In this document: one piece after another, positions 45,178 through 55,200 of the stretch
Numbering within the stretch: the stretch's first letter is position 1
How the letters are laid out: the number at the start of each line of letters is the position of its first letter
IMG/VR virus record: IMGVR_UViG_3300038345_000251
Coordinates: 96,001 to 160,000 of that record
Reading direction: 5' to 3' (one strand)
Origin: a virus
Taxonomy: Duplodnaviria; Heunggongvirae; Uroviricota; Caudoviricetes
DNA: 64,000 nt
Position numbers and translations under genes: made by a program
Notes under the pieces: generated by a model
The model's database searches: none
The model's input: the letters and a program-made list of their open reading frames with translations, nothing else
Told to the model about the DNA's origin: nothing

Positions 45178-48100
45178 ATGGCTTTAGATGACAAAGATAT
45201 AAAGAAGATTAGTGATAGTATATCAGAAGCAATATCAAAGGGATTTGATGGTGTATCAGATAGTCTTGCAAGAATTATAGCACAACAGAAATCAAATATT
45301 CCAAATTCTGCGTTAGATTATCGTGGTACTAACTTTGGACGTAGAGTTACAGGTGAAGATTTGGAACAACAATTAAAAAGACTTACACGTGATTTACAAA
45401 GACAGTATGCTGATACACGTACTGCAACAAGTGGTGCACGTGTATTTAATGGTATAACCACACCTGCACGTGAATTAAAATATGAAAGAGATAGGGTTAA
45501 AGACACAGTACAAAGTTATAAAAATGCAATTAATGAATTAAAGGAAACTTTTGGTAAATTAGATAAATCTGATGCTGAAGCTTTAAAAGAACTTAATAAA
45601 GAATTTGATGAATTAACACAAAAAGTTAAAGATTCTGAAAACATATTTGGTAAACTTAAGGATGGTGTTCTTTCAGGTATTACATTTACTAAAGAAGAAC
45701 TTGAAAAGGTTAAAGAGTTGTTAGAAAATACTGATTTTACATCTATTTTTGATAAAAATGGTAAACCTGTTACTGATAAAGTAAATGAATTGGTTGACAA
45801 TTTAAATAAAGAAATAGGTAAAACAGTTTTTGATTCTGGAAAGATTCAGTCATTGGCTAATGCACAGAGAGAGTTAAATAAAAATGAATCTGAAAGAGAA
45901 AAAATTGGTAAGGGTATTTCTAAAGTATATGAGGAACAAACCGAATCATTAAAGGAACAAGCAAGATATGCCGATTTATCTATTCGTACAATGAAAGACG
46001 GATGGAGTGGGTTAAAAAGGCACGTTGTTAGTTTAGCAGAAGGATGGAGAAAAGTTGACCAGGCATCTGCTAATTTTGCTAAAAATATTGGTGTTGGTAG
46101 TAGAGGGTTAGTTGCTTTGAGAAAAAATACTATGGATATGATAACCAATAAGGGTATTGGTTTAAACTATGGTATTGGAATGGAAGATTTAATCAACATT
46201 ACTCAAAACTATTCTAAAGTTACTGGTAGAAATGTTGGTATGACTGCTGAAGATATTGAAACAGGTGCAGCAATGAGCCGTTTGATGGGTGATAAAGGTG
46301 GTGAATTTGCAACAGCACTTGAAAACTTTGGTTTGTCATATACTGAAGCAGGTAAACGTGCAGGTAAAATGTTTGCCGATGCTTCAAAAGCTGGTTTATC
46401 ATTTGAGAGATATTCAGATAACTTCTTAAAGAACATTAAGATGGCACAAAAATATACGTTTAGGGATGGTTTAAGAGGCCTTGAACGTATGGCTAAAAAA
46501 GCAACTGAAATTAGAATGGATATGCAAAACATAGCAAGTTTTGCAGATAAAGTAAGTACATTACAAGGTGCTGCTGAAACTAGTGCATCACTTCAGGTTT
46601 TAGGTGGACCATTTGCACAATTTAGTGACCCTCTTGGTATGTTAAATGAAGGCCTTAACGATATGGAAGGCCTTATGAATAGGGTTGATAAAATGATGAA
46701 CGGTATCTCTAAATTTAATACGACAACAGGTCAAATTGATATGAATTCATTTAATCGTATTAGATTAAGAGAGGCAGCAAAAGCAATGAACATTCCGTAT
46801 GAACAGTTAGTTGAAACCGCACAAGAAAAGGGTAGAAGAAATTTTGTTGAAAGTCAGTTAAATGCAGGTGGTAGAAACTTTACTGATGAACAACGTGAGT
46901 TTTTATTGAATACTGCTACTGTGCAAGAAGGACAAGCCAAAATGTCGTATCTTGATAAACAAGGTAATAGAATTACAAAAAATGTAAATGAATTAACAGC
47001 AGCAGATATTGAACAAGCAAGAGCACAAAACCAATCTGATTCCGATAACATTAAGTCAATTGCTAAAGCGACAATGAGTTTAAATGAACGTATAGAAGGT
47101 GTTGAAAAAACAGCAGAAGCAATTAAAGCAAAAGCAATTGAACCAGTAATGGATTGGCTTAAAGACAAAATGGGGCTTGCACAAGATTATCTTGGTGCTA
47201 TTAAAATAGCTGTTCTTGCAATTGCTGGCGGTCAATTAGTTGGTGATATTTCTAAGATGGTAATGGGTGGCGGTAACTTTTTATCATCAGGTAGATTCTT
47301 TAGAGGAATGAAAGCTGGAGTAACACATCCTGGTATGAAGATGAAAGGGATGGCAGGTTTAGGCTCTAAGTTTGCAAATTGGGGTGGTAAATCTGTTGGT
47401 GTAGCAGGTGGTGTTGGTAATGCTTTAGGTGCTCTTGCAACAGGTGTTGAAGTTATTGCAGCAGGTGTTGACATTTTCAAGAAATCTAAAGAAATAAAAG
47501 GAATGTCTAAAGCACAAGACAATGCAGTAGGTGCTGGAAAGTATAAAAAGGATAGTAAAGAAGATATTGAAGCAACACAAGCAAAATACGGTGCAAAAGG
47601 TGCTGCATGGGGTAAAGGAATAGGAACAGCAGTTGGTGCTGCAACAATGTTGATACCTGCTGTTGGACCAATAATTTCAGCGATTGCTACACCGTTGTTA
47701 GGTAAGTTAGGTGAAAATTTAGGTGAAAAGTGGGGTAAAAAGAGCAAAAAAGCACAAAAAGATATTGCTCAAAGGCATGAAGAATCAATTAAAGAACAAA
47801 GATACAATAATGCTTTGAAGAGAGCTGGTTTTGAATTAAATGGTGGTTATACAACAACAGAGTATCAACAAATAATGGCTGCAATTAATCGTGGCGGTGA
47901 TAATACAATTACAAAAGAAGAATTTGATTCGTTACCAGAAGAATTGAGAAATAAATTGATGGCATCTGAAGATGTTTCATTATTCCCTGAATTACAAGAA
48001 CTTACAGTTAAAGATGCAACAATAGACACTGAAAATGCCACAATTAATGCGACTTCAGTAAATATTGTCGGTGATGGTAAAAATAAAAAAGCAAATGGCG

Positions 48101-48519
48101 GTTTGTTATATGGTCCATCACACGCAAAAGGTGGCGTTATGGTTAACGCAGAGGGTGGAGAATATGTTGTTAACAAAGAAGCAACTAAAGAAAATTTAGG
48201 TTTGTTAAGTGCAATTAACGCTAAATCATATGGAAAAGGTGGTATTGTTCCAAGAAATAGTGAAAATATGCAACCAATATCTGTTTTACCAAATACATTA
48301 ACAAACAATTATTATGGTGGTGGAAGTACATCTAGAATTGAACCGATTGATGTTAATATTAATGGTACGATAAAACTTGATGGTGGAAATGGTAAAAACA
48401 TTGATATGTCATCATTATTACGAGACCCTGTATTTATTAGACAAATTACTAACATACTTGAACAGGAAATGATTTTGAATCAACATGGTGCAAGGTATAC
48501 AAATAAATTGAGAAGTTAA
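45178..48519 (+). CDS. Tape measure protein
   Basis: 1113 aa, helical with Ala/Gly-rich hydrophobic segments; C-terminal ANGG..GPSHAKGG..AEGGEYVVN; follows the chaperone pair. Confidence 0.75.
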   Translation: MALDDKDIKKISDSISEAISKGFDGVSDSLARIIAQQKSNIPNSALDYRGTNFGRRVTGEDLEQQLKRLTRDLQRQYADTRTATSGARVFNGITTPARELKYERDRVKDTVQSYKNAINELKETFGKLDKSDAEALKELNKEFDELTQKVKDSENIFGKLKDGVLSGITFTKEELEKVKELLENTDFTSIFDKNGKPVTDKVNELVDNLNKEIGKTVFDSGKIQSLANAQRELNKNESEREKIGKGISKVYEEQTESLKEQARYADLSIRTMKDGWSGLKRHVVSLAEGWRKVDQASANFAKNIGVGSRGLVALRKNTMDMITNKGIGLNYGIGMEDLINITQNYSKVTGRNVGMTAEDIETGAAMSRLMGDKGGEFATALENFGLSYTEAGKRAGKMFADASKAGLSFERYSDNFLKNIKMAQKYTFRDGLRGLERMAKKATEIRMDMQNIASFADKVSTLQGAAETSASLQVLGGPFAQFSDPLGMLNEGLNDMEGLMNRVDKMMNGISKFNTTTGQIDMNSFNRIRLREAAKAMNIPYEQLVETAQEKGRRNFVESQLNAGGRNFTDEQREFLLNTATVQEGQAKMSYLDKQGNRITKNVNELTAADIEQARAQNQSDSDNIKSIAKATMSLNERIEGVEKTAEAIKAKAIEPVMDWLKDKMGLAQDYLGAIKIAVLAIAGGQLVGDISKMVMGGGNFLSSGRFFRGMKAGVTHPGMKMKGMAGLGSKFANWGGKSVGVAGGVGNALGALATGVEVIAAGVDIFKKSKEIKGMSKAQDNAVGAGKYKKDSKEDIEATQAKYGAKGAAWGKGIGTAVGAATMLIPAVGPIISAIATPLLGKLGENLGEKWGKKSKKAQKDIAQRHEESIKEQRYNNALKRAGFELNGGYTTTEYQQIMAAINRGGDNTITKEEFDSLPEELRNKLMASEDVSLFPELQELTVKDATIDTENATINATSVNIVGDGKNKKANGGLLYGPSHAKGGVMVNAEGGEYVVNKEATKENLGLLSAINAKSYGKGGIVPRNSENMQPISVLPNTLTNNYYGGGSTSRIEPIDVNINGTIKLDGGNGKNIDMSSLLRDPVFIRQITNILEQEMILNQHGARYTNKLRS

Positions 48520-48561
48520 TTGACATTATAAAAATAAACATATATTTTATTAAGAGAAATT

Positions 48562-51500
48562 ATGGCAAATACACAATATCCAATTGGTAGTAGTAAAGAA
48601 TATATAAGAGGTGTTAAAGGATTATACGGACGTTCAATAGGAACACGAAATGAAATGTTATTTAATAATCCTTTAGTAAGGAGATATAGAGAACATGCTG
48701 AAGGTTATAGTATGGTAGATGCTCCTGAAATCGGTGAACCATATATTCTACCAAATCCCAAATCACGTGATAAAAAGTTTTGGGATAGTTTTGGTGGTCT
48801 TGTGGGTTATACCTATGACCAAGGATATTTAGAGACTGATAATTATAAGGTTATTAGTAGGTTTGAGGATATTGAAAAACATCAGGGATATTTAAGAGAT
48901 AGAGTACCTTATTTGTATAATGTTGATATACCTGTTGATATTAATCGTGAATTTTTTGATTATAGTTTTCTTAATAGATTATATGGTTATTCTATGCCAT
49001 TTAGAGAAATAAATTTATATGGTAATAGTGAATCATATGGTGAGTTTAATCCTGTAAGACATACAACCAATAGATATAATCCAGAAGAAGGTATGTCTTA
49101 TGTTGAGCCTAAATCTGAAAACGTTATCTATTCAACAAATGAAGAAACTTTTTATGTTGATGGTAAGTCTATTGATACAACATCTTATAGTAGAGACGAT
49201 TTAGGTTATCTTAAAACACTTCCATCTAATCAGTCATTAAATGATAGAATACATGGTTTATATGATGAACGTACTGAAGGTGATGATAAAAATAGATTAA
49301 ATAGGGGTAATGGTACTGAAAATGATAATAGGCCAAGTAATGATTTAATATATGATTTAGCAGATTTTAATAATGATAGTAATGGTTTAATTTCTAAAAC
49401 AAATGAGTTATTTAGACAAGGTAAAATAAATTCTATGATTAATAGATTTTATTTACCAAATCAGGAACGAAGTGAAATTCAAACAGCATTACATGGTAAA
49501 TATGGTGTTTCAAGAGGTAGAAACTTAACAAGGAAAAATAGTACAATAACATCTAATGGTTATGAAGACCCTTATTGCCGTGTTTGGACATCACATTATC
49601 AATATAGTAAATATAAAAATGCAATAAGACCATTTATTGAAGATGGTATGGTATTATCACCACCATCTTTTGATGATAAATTCGGTATTGGTTTTAGACC
49701 TTTTAAAACCAACAGAACAATGTCTACTATTGATGAAGGTAATGGTTTACCTATCATTGCTCCAATGAAAAAAGATGGAGAATATAATGAAAATGATATT
49801 AGAAGATGTATGTTCTCTATTGAAAACCTTGCGTGGAAAGATGTACATGTTGATACAAGAGTAAATGAGAGAGGTTTTGATAGTTTATATAGAGGATATG
49901 ATAATGTTCTTTCAAAAGAACAAATGGGTCCAAATGGCGGTAGAATTATGTGGTTTCCACCATATAATTTGAAGTTTACTGAAAATGTTGGCGTTAATTG
50001 GAATGGTAATAGTTTTATTGGTAGGGGTGAACAAATATATACTTATGTAAATACTGATAGAACAGGTACATTAGATTTTACATTACTTATTGACCATCCA
50101 TCTATTCTTGATAGATATACAGTAAATAAAGGCGAAGCAACAATTGAAAATGATGAAGATATTTTAAGGTTCTTTGCTGGTTGTGGTATGCTTGAAATAG
50201 ATGATAAAATGACTGAAACAAAAACTAAAACTAGACCACTTCCACCTGTTGTTGAAGATGAACCACCTGTAGACCCAGTACCTGATGAAATTATTGCCGA
50301 TGTACATAAGAGATTATATGCATTTTTCCCTAATAACTTTTCAGGTGAAGACCATCAGGATAATCCTGTTAAAGCAATAAATTACTTATTATTAGGTGGT
50401 ACAGGTGCTACAGGTTATGAAGGTGGTATGACACATTCAAATAACCCAATTAATGGTTGTTTGGGTGAAGCAACAAAGACTTGTAAAAACAAAAATGGTA
50501 AGATAAATACTTGGTATTATGAATCCGATGATTGGAAGAAGAATGAAGTATTAAAGGTAAATACAACATATAAAAAAGGTGCGTATGGAACAAACTATAA
50601 AGATTCAAGTTGCTTCGGTTTGAATGATGATAGATTAATATCAATATTGACAGGAAATACAGCAGATAGTAAAAAAGCAAAAGAATATTTAAGATTAAAT
50701 GATTTAAGTGATGAAGAAATCACTCAACAGGTAGTTCCTTTTTCTAGTATTGATATGTTACGTGGAGAATTTGAAATTCATACAAGTGATGACCAAGCAA
50801 TTAATGCATTAGACCAAGCAGAAAGTATTAGAATACGTTGTGTTGGGTTTGCTTCAAAACACGGTAGTCAAATACCTAAAGGTAATGAAAGACTTGCATT
50901 TAATAGAGCAGAAATATTAAGGAATTACTTAATTAAAGAATCTAAATTTGACCCTAATTGGTTTGAACCATCAACCGTTGAAGGTTATAACATGGAAGTT
51001 GGTAATGATAGTGTTAGTTCTATTGAAGCAAAATTAGGTAGACACGCTGCTGTATTTATTGATATTACTTATAAATATACTGTAGAACCAACAGTAGAGA
51101 AAACAGAAGAAGAAAACGCAGTTATTATTAATAATAATGTTGATAAATTATTGCGTGAAACAACACTTGATTTGTATAACAAAGGTGCGTTTGATGGTAT
51201 AGGTGGATATAATAAGTTAGATACATCAACAATTGACAAAAGCGCACGTGATGCATTTTTAGCAAAACCTGTTGAACCAATTAAAAGTGAGTTTGTAACA
51301 ACAGAAGAGATTGTTCGTGAACCAGAATATGATACAGAATATCGTTATTTTGAAAGAATTGATAAAGAACAAGATGTTGTTAAACGATTGATAACAGATA
51401 AGGTTAAATATTTTGACCCAGCATATCATTCAATTACACCTGAAGGATTTAATGCAAGACTTACGTTCCTTCATCAATGCACAAGACAAGGACCAACAGT

Positions 51501-51948
51501 TGCTGCTTCTGAAAATGGTGCAGTAAGTGCTGGTAACTTGGCTTTTGGTAGACCACCTGTGTGTGTATTAAGAATTGGCGATTTTTATAATACAAAAATT
51601 ATTATTGATTCAGTATCAATTAATTATGATGCAAATGGTGGAACACAATGGGACATGAACACTGAAGGTATTGGGTTACAACCGATGTTTGCAAATGTAA
51701 CAATTGGGTTTAAGTTCTTAGGTGGTAGTGATTTAAGTGGTCCAATTGCAAGGCTTCAGAATGCTGTTTCTTATAACTTCTATGCTAATACTAGTGTATA
51801 TGATAGACATGCAGATTATAGAAATGCATTCGTTACTGATAATGCTAATGTTGATTTGGTTAACATGTGGGAAGCAGGTGTTAATACAAAGACAAATGAT
51901 ACAGCAAAATCGAATACAAGTGGTGTAAATCAAAATAATAGTAAATAA
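48562..51948 (+). CDS. Large baseplate protein with an inserted OmpA-C-like domain
   Basis: GGRIMWFPPY, FIGRGE.IYTY..T.R.G.L.F, PPVCVLRIGDFY tube-initiator-like motifs; GFAS..G..NERLA..RA. Confidence 0.6.
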   Translation: MANTQYPIGSSKEYIRGVKGLYGRSIGTRNEMLFNNPLVRRYREHAEGYSMVDAPEIGEPYILPNPKSRDKKFWDSFGGLVGYTYDQGYLETDNYKVISRFEDIEKHQGYLRDRVPYLYNVDIPVDINREFFDYSFLNRLYGYSMPFREINLYGNSESYGEFNPVRHTTNRYNPEEGMSYVEPKSENVIYSTNEETFYVDGKSIDTTSYSRDDLGYLKTLPSNQSLNDRIHGLYDERTEGDDKNRLNRGNGTENDNRPSNDLIYDLADFNNDSNGLISKTNELFRQGKINSMINRFYLPNQERSEIQTALHGKYGVSRGRNLTRKNSTITSNGYEDPYCRVWTSHYQYSKYKNAIRPFIEDGMVLSPPSFDDKFGIGFRPFKTNRTMSTIDEGNGLPIIAPMKKDGEYNENDIRRCMFSIENLAWKDVHVDTRVNERGFDSLYRGYDNVLSKEQMGPNGGRIMWFPPYNLKFTENVGVNWNGNSFIGRGEQIYTYVNTDRTGTLDFTLLIDHPSILDRYTVNKGEATIENDEDILRFFAGCGMLEIDDKMTETKTKTRPLPPVVEDEPPVDPVPDEIIADVHKRLYAFFPNNFSGEDHQDNPVKAINYLLLGGTGATGYEGGMTHSNNPINGCLGEATKTCKNKNGKINTWYYESDDWKKNEVLKVNTTYKKGAYGTNYKDSSCFGLNDDRLISILTGNTADSKKAKEYLRLNDLSDEEITQQVVPFSSIDMLRGEFEIHTSDDQAINALDQAESIRIRCVGFASKHGSQIPKGNERLAFNRAEILRNYLIKESKFDPNWFEPSTVEGYNMEVGNDSVSSIEAKLGRHAAVFIDITYKYTVEPTVEKTEEENAVIINNNVDKLLRETTLDLYNKGAFDGIGGYNKLDTSTIDKSARDAFLAKPVEPIKSEFVTTEEIVREPEYDTEYRYFERIDKEQDVVKRLITDKVKYFDPAYHSITPEGFNARLTFLHQCTRQGPTVAASENGAVSAGNLAFGRPPVCVLRIGDFYNTKIIIDSVSINYDANGGTQWDMNTEGIGLQPMFANVTIGFKFLGGSDLSGPIARLQNAVSYNFYANTSVYDRHADYRNAFVTDNANVDLVNMWEAGVNTKTNDTAKSNTSGVNQNNSK

Positions 51949-51959
51949 ATTATTTAAAT

Positions 51960-52268
51960 ATGTCATACGATAGATATTCAATGTTTAGACATGATGGACA
52001 AATAGATGTTGTTCCTTTTGGTAGGATTCCAGAAAAAAGTACAGATTTTTTTGAAGTATATGAAAAGGGAAAAACAAGACTTGACATTTTGTCATTTGAT
52101 TATTATAAAGATAGTAATTATGGGTGGTTGATTTTGCAAGCAAATCCACAATACGGTTCTATGGAATATGAAATACCTGATAAGGCTGTATTAAGAATTC
52201 CGTACCCATTAAGTAAAACTATTGAAGATTATGAACAATCAATAAAAGATTATAATTTATTATATTAA
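51960..52268 (+). CDS. Baseplate wedge protein (gp53/LysM-like)
   Basis: RLDILSFDYY..YGWLILQANP..LRIP. Confidence 0.75.
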   Translation: MSYDRYSMFRHDGQIDVVPFGRIPEKSTDFFEVYEKGKTRLDILSFDYYKDSNYGWLILQANPQYGSMEYEIPDKAVLRIPYPLSKTIEDYEQSIKDYNLLY

Positions 52269-52271
52269 TTT

Positions 52272-55200
52272 ATGAACGAAACAAAAGTTGACAGAGTAGG
52301 CAGATTCGATTATGTAGAACCAATGAATTTAAATTTGGATTTACCAGATAATGCGATAACACATAAACCTGAAGATTATTGTATTTCAGTAAATTTAACA
52401 GTAGAAGTTCCTAGTAGGTTTTACAAAGAAAATAATGATACTATATTAGTTGCTTCATCAGATAATGGTTCTATATCATTTTTTGGTGGTAGTGATTTTG
52501 GTGGCCCTATTAGTGGCGAAAGCAAAGATATGTCACGTGGTTATTTATCAACGTCATGGACAGATATTTCTGTTAATAATGTTGGTAAAGGAAATAGAGA
52601 GTGTTTAGGAATCGAATCTATTAATGTTGCTTATTCTCCTAACTTTTTCCCTATGGTGACAATTAGATTTGTTGATGTTAGGGGTGCTTCTTTGTTCATG
52701 CCACAAGAAGAATCATATAGAAATTGGGTTAATGATAACTCATATGACCCTAAAAGACCATTTGACGGAAACTCATTTTTTAAATCTTTATTTAGTATGC
52801 CATCCCCGATTTTTAAATTAACAATTAAGGGGTTTTATGGAAAACAAGTTACATATAAACTTTTAATGAGTAAATTTGATTCTGAATTTGATAGCGAAAC
52901 AGGTAATTTTATTGCAAATGTTCAATTTGCTGGATATATGTATGGTGTTTATACTGAATTACCTATGTCTTTTATTGCATTATCACCTTATCTTGATGGT
53001 TTGAAATATTGGGAAAAGAAACATTTTACTCTTGATAATGGAATAGAAATACCAACAATACCAAATCTTATAAAAAAAATTGGCGAAGCAGTAAAACAAG
53101 CACCACAGGAAAGTTTACAATCTGAAAAGGGTAGAGAATTTACTGAAACACAAGCATTGTTAACAAAATTGAAGGAAGTTAAAAATAATTTCCCATTTAA
53201 AGGATTTGTTAAATCTGAAGGAGAATTTGGTTCTGAATCAAAGAGAGGTATTAAATTTGCCGAAGAAAATTATAGCAATGGCGAAAAGAAGTTTACTGAT
53301 GTTGATGAACTTGAAACAAGAAGTCGTATACTTGCAGGACAAAGTAAACAAGTTTATTATAAAATTGACCCAACAAATAATACTTCTTTATTTAGTTCTA
53401 ATAGAGTAACATACTCTTCTGATAGTACTGGTTTTGATAGTAAATTACGTGAAATTAAGAAGGGAAGTATTGAAAATTATAAGGAACAACTTAAAGAATT
53501 GGTAGATAAACATGGTAAAGAGTATCAAAGATATGTAGATGATTTTGATACTTTGTTAGATGTATTAAATTATCAAAAGAACATTTATGAAAATGGTGAA
53601 CTTACACAAGTAGCAAACCCAGTAATGTGTGTTTTGTGTAAAGGTGGTAGTGGAGAAAAACAAGTTCGTGGTGTTGATTTGGTTAATAAAGACAAAGAGA
53701 AAAAAACATACGGAGTAAGTTATCTTGGCTTTAAAATTGGTGAAGGTGCAAGTTGTAGAGACTGTAAACCTGAAGATATTGAAGCAATTTGTAAGAAAAT
53801 TGAAGGTGAAGGTTTTACATATAGTTCTACTGTTTTTGTTAGTAGAATTATAACAAATATTTTGGTGTGGGCAGAAGATGAAATAAAACAACTTGAAAAA
53901 AAGTATGAGAAACAAGAAGGAGAAGTGCGTGAACAACAATCAGAAATTGCTGAAAGATTAATCGGTTTCCCATTAACGATTAAGAATGTTTATGACATTA
54001 TTTTTGCTCATATTGATACTTTCATGTTTAGATTTTATGGACATTTAAATAACATAACAAATGATACTGTGAGAAAAAATCTCATAAACGGTAATTTTTA
54101 TAGTCTTTTAGATGTTCCTGATAGTTGTAAAGATAAAGAAATTCCACCATTTCCAACATTTGTTTCAAAAACAGAAAAAGATGGTGAAAAAATTACATGG
54201 CCATGTGTTATATTAAATGATGATATTGAAGAAACAAAATTTGTTTATGAGATTATTAATGCTGCATTACAACTTGGTAATGATATTGAAGCAACGTTAA
54301 AGGAACTTGAAAATAAGAGTAACGCTAATGCTAACGCTGTCAATTATCCAACAGGCAGTGATAAAAGAATTCCTGTAACAATTTTTGATTTATTATATGA
54401 CGGTAATGTTAATCCGTATGTCGCAGTATATGAACGTTACAAAGCAAATCCAAGTATTGATGTTAAAAAAGAAATATGGTTTACATTTATAATGCGTTGT
54501 GCTTATTTTGGAGAAATCTTTGCTAAATATAGAACGTTATATACAACTAATAGTAAGTCTTATGGTGATTTAAAAAAAGCACAAGAAGATATATTTAATG
54601 GTGCACATGAATATTTTGCAGCAGCAGAGGCTTGTAACATTAAGAAAGCATTTGGTAATAATCTTGATATGCCTGTTATTGTTGACATGGTAAATGAAAC
54701 AGCAAATAGTACTTTTAAATCAGAATTAAACTCTTATATTACAGGTACTGAAACAACACCATTTAAAAATACTAGTGAAAATTGGGGAAAATGGAATATT
54801 AACTTTGTTAAAGATTTTGAGGTAGATGATAAACATTTTGCAATACCAATTAAAAATTTACAACTTTATTCAACAAGAACGGATATTGGTGATGGAACAT
54901 GTGTTGATAAAAATGACGAATATGTTGTTTTTAGAAAAGATGGAGAAAATACAACTGAAACATTGAATGATAAGATATTAAATGAAAAGTCAATACAAGT
55001 TATTGAACGTGATGACTTTTTTAGTAAGTGGGTAAACTTAATTAAAGGTGACGCTGTTTTTCAAGAATCTAAAGCATTAGAAAACTCACAAATAGGCACT
55101 TTTTTAGATGATTTTTTGAACAATTATCTTGGTAAATATATGTATGGTGGTGCTGTTGAGAAAGCAGGTGATTCTGTTGATAACCCATATCGTATTGGTG

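Noticed and set aside
45318-48308. Series of antisense ORFs inside the tape measure gene (and similar shadows elsewhere)
   Set aside because: Explained by codon bias on the opposite strand; no promoters or recognisable motifs.
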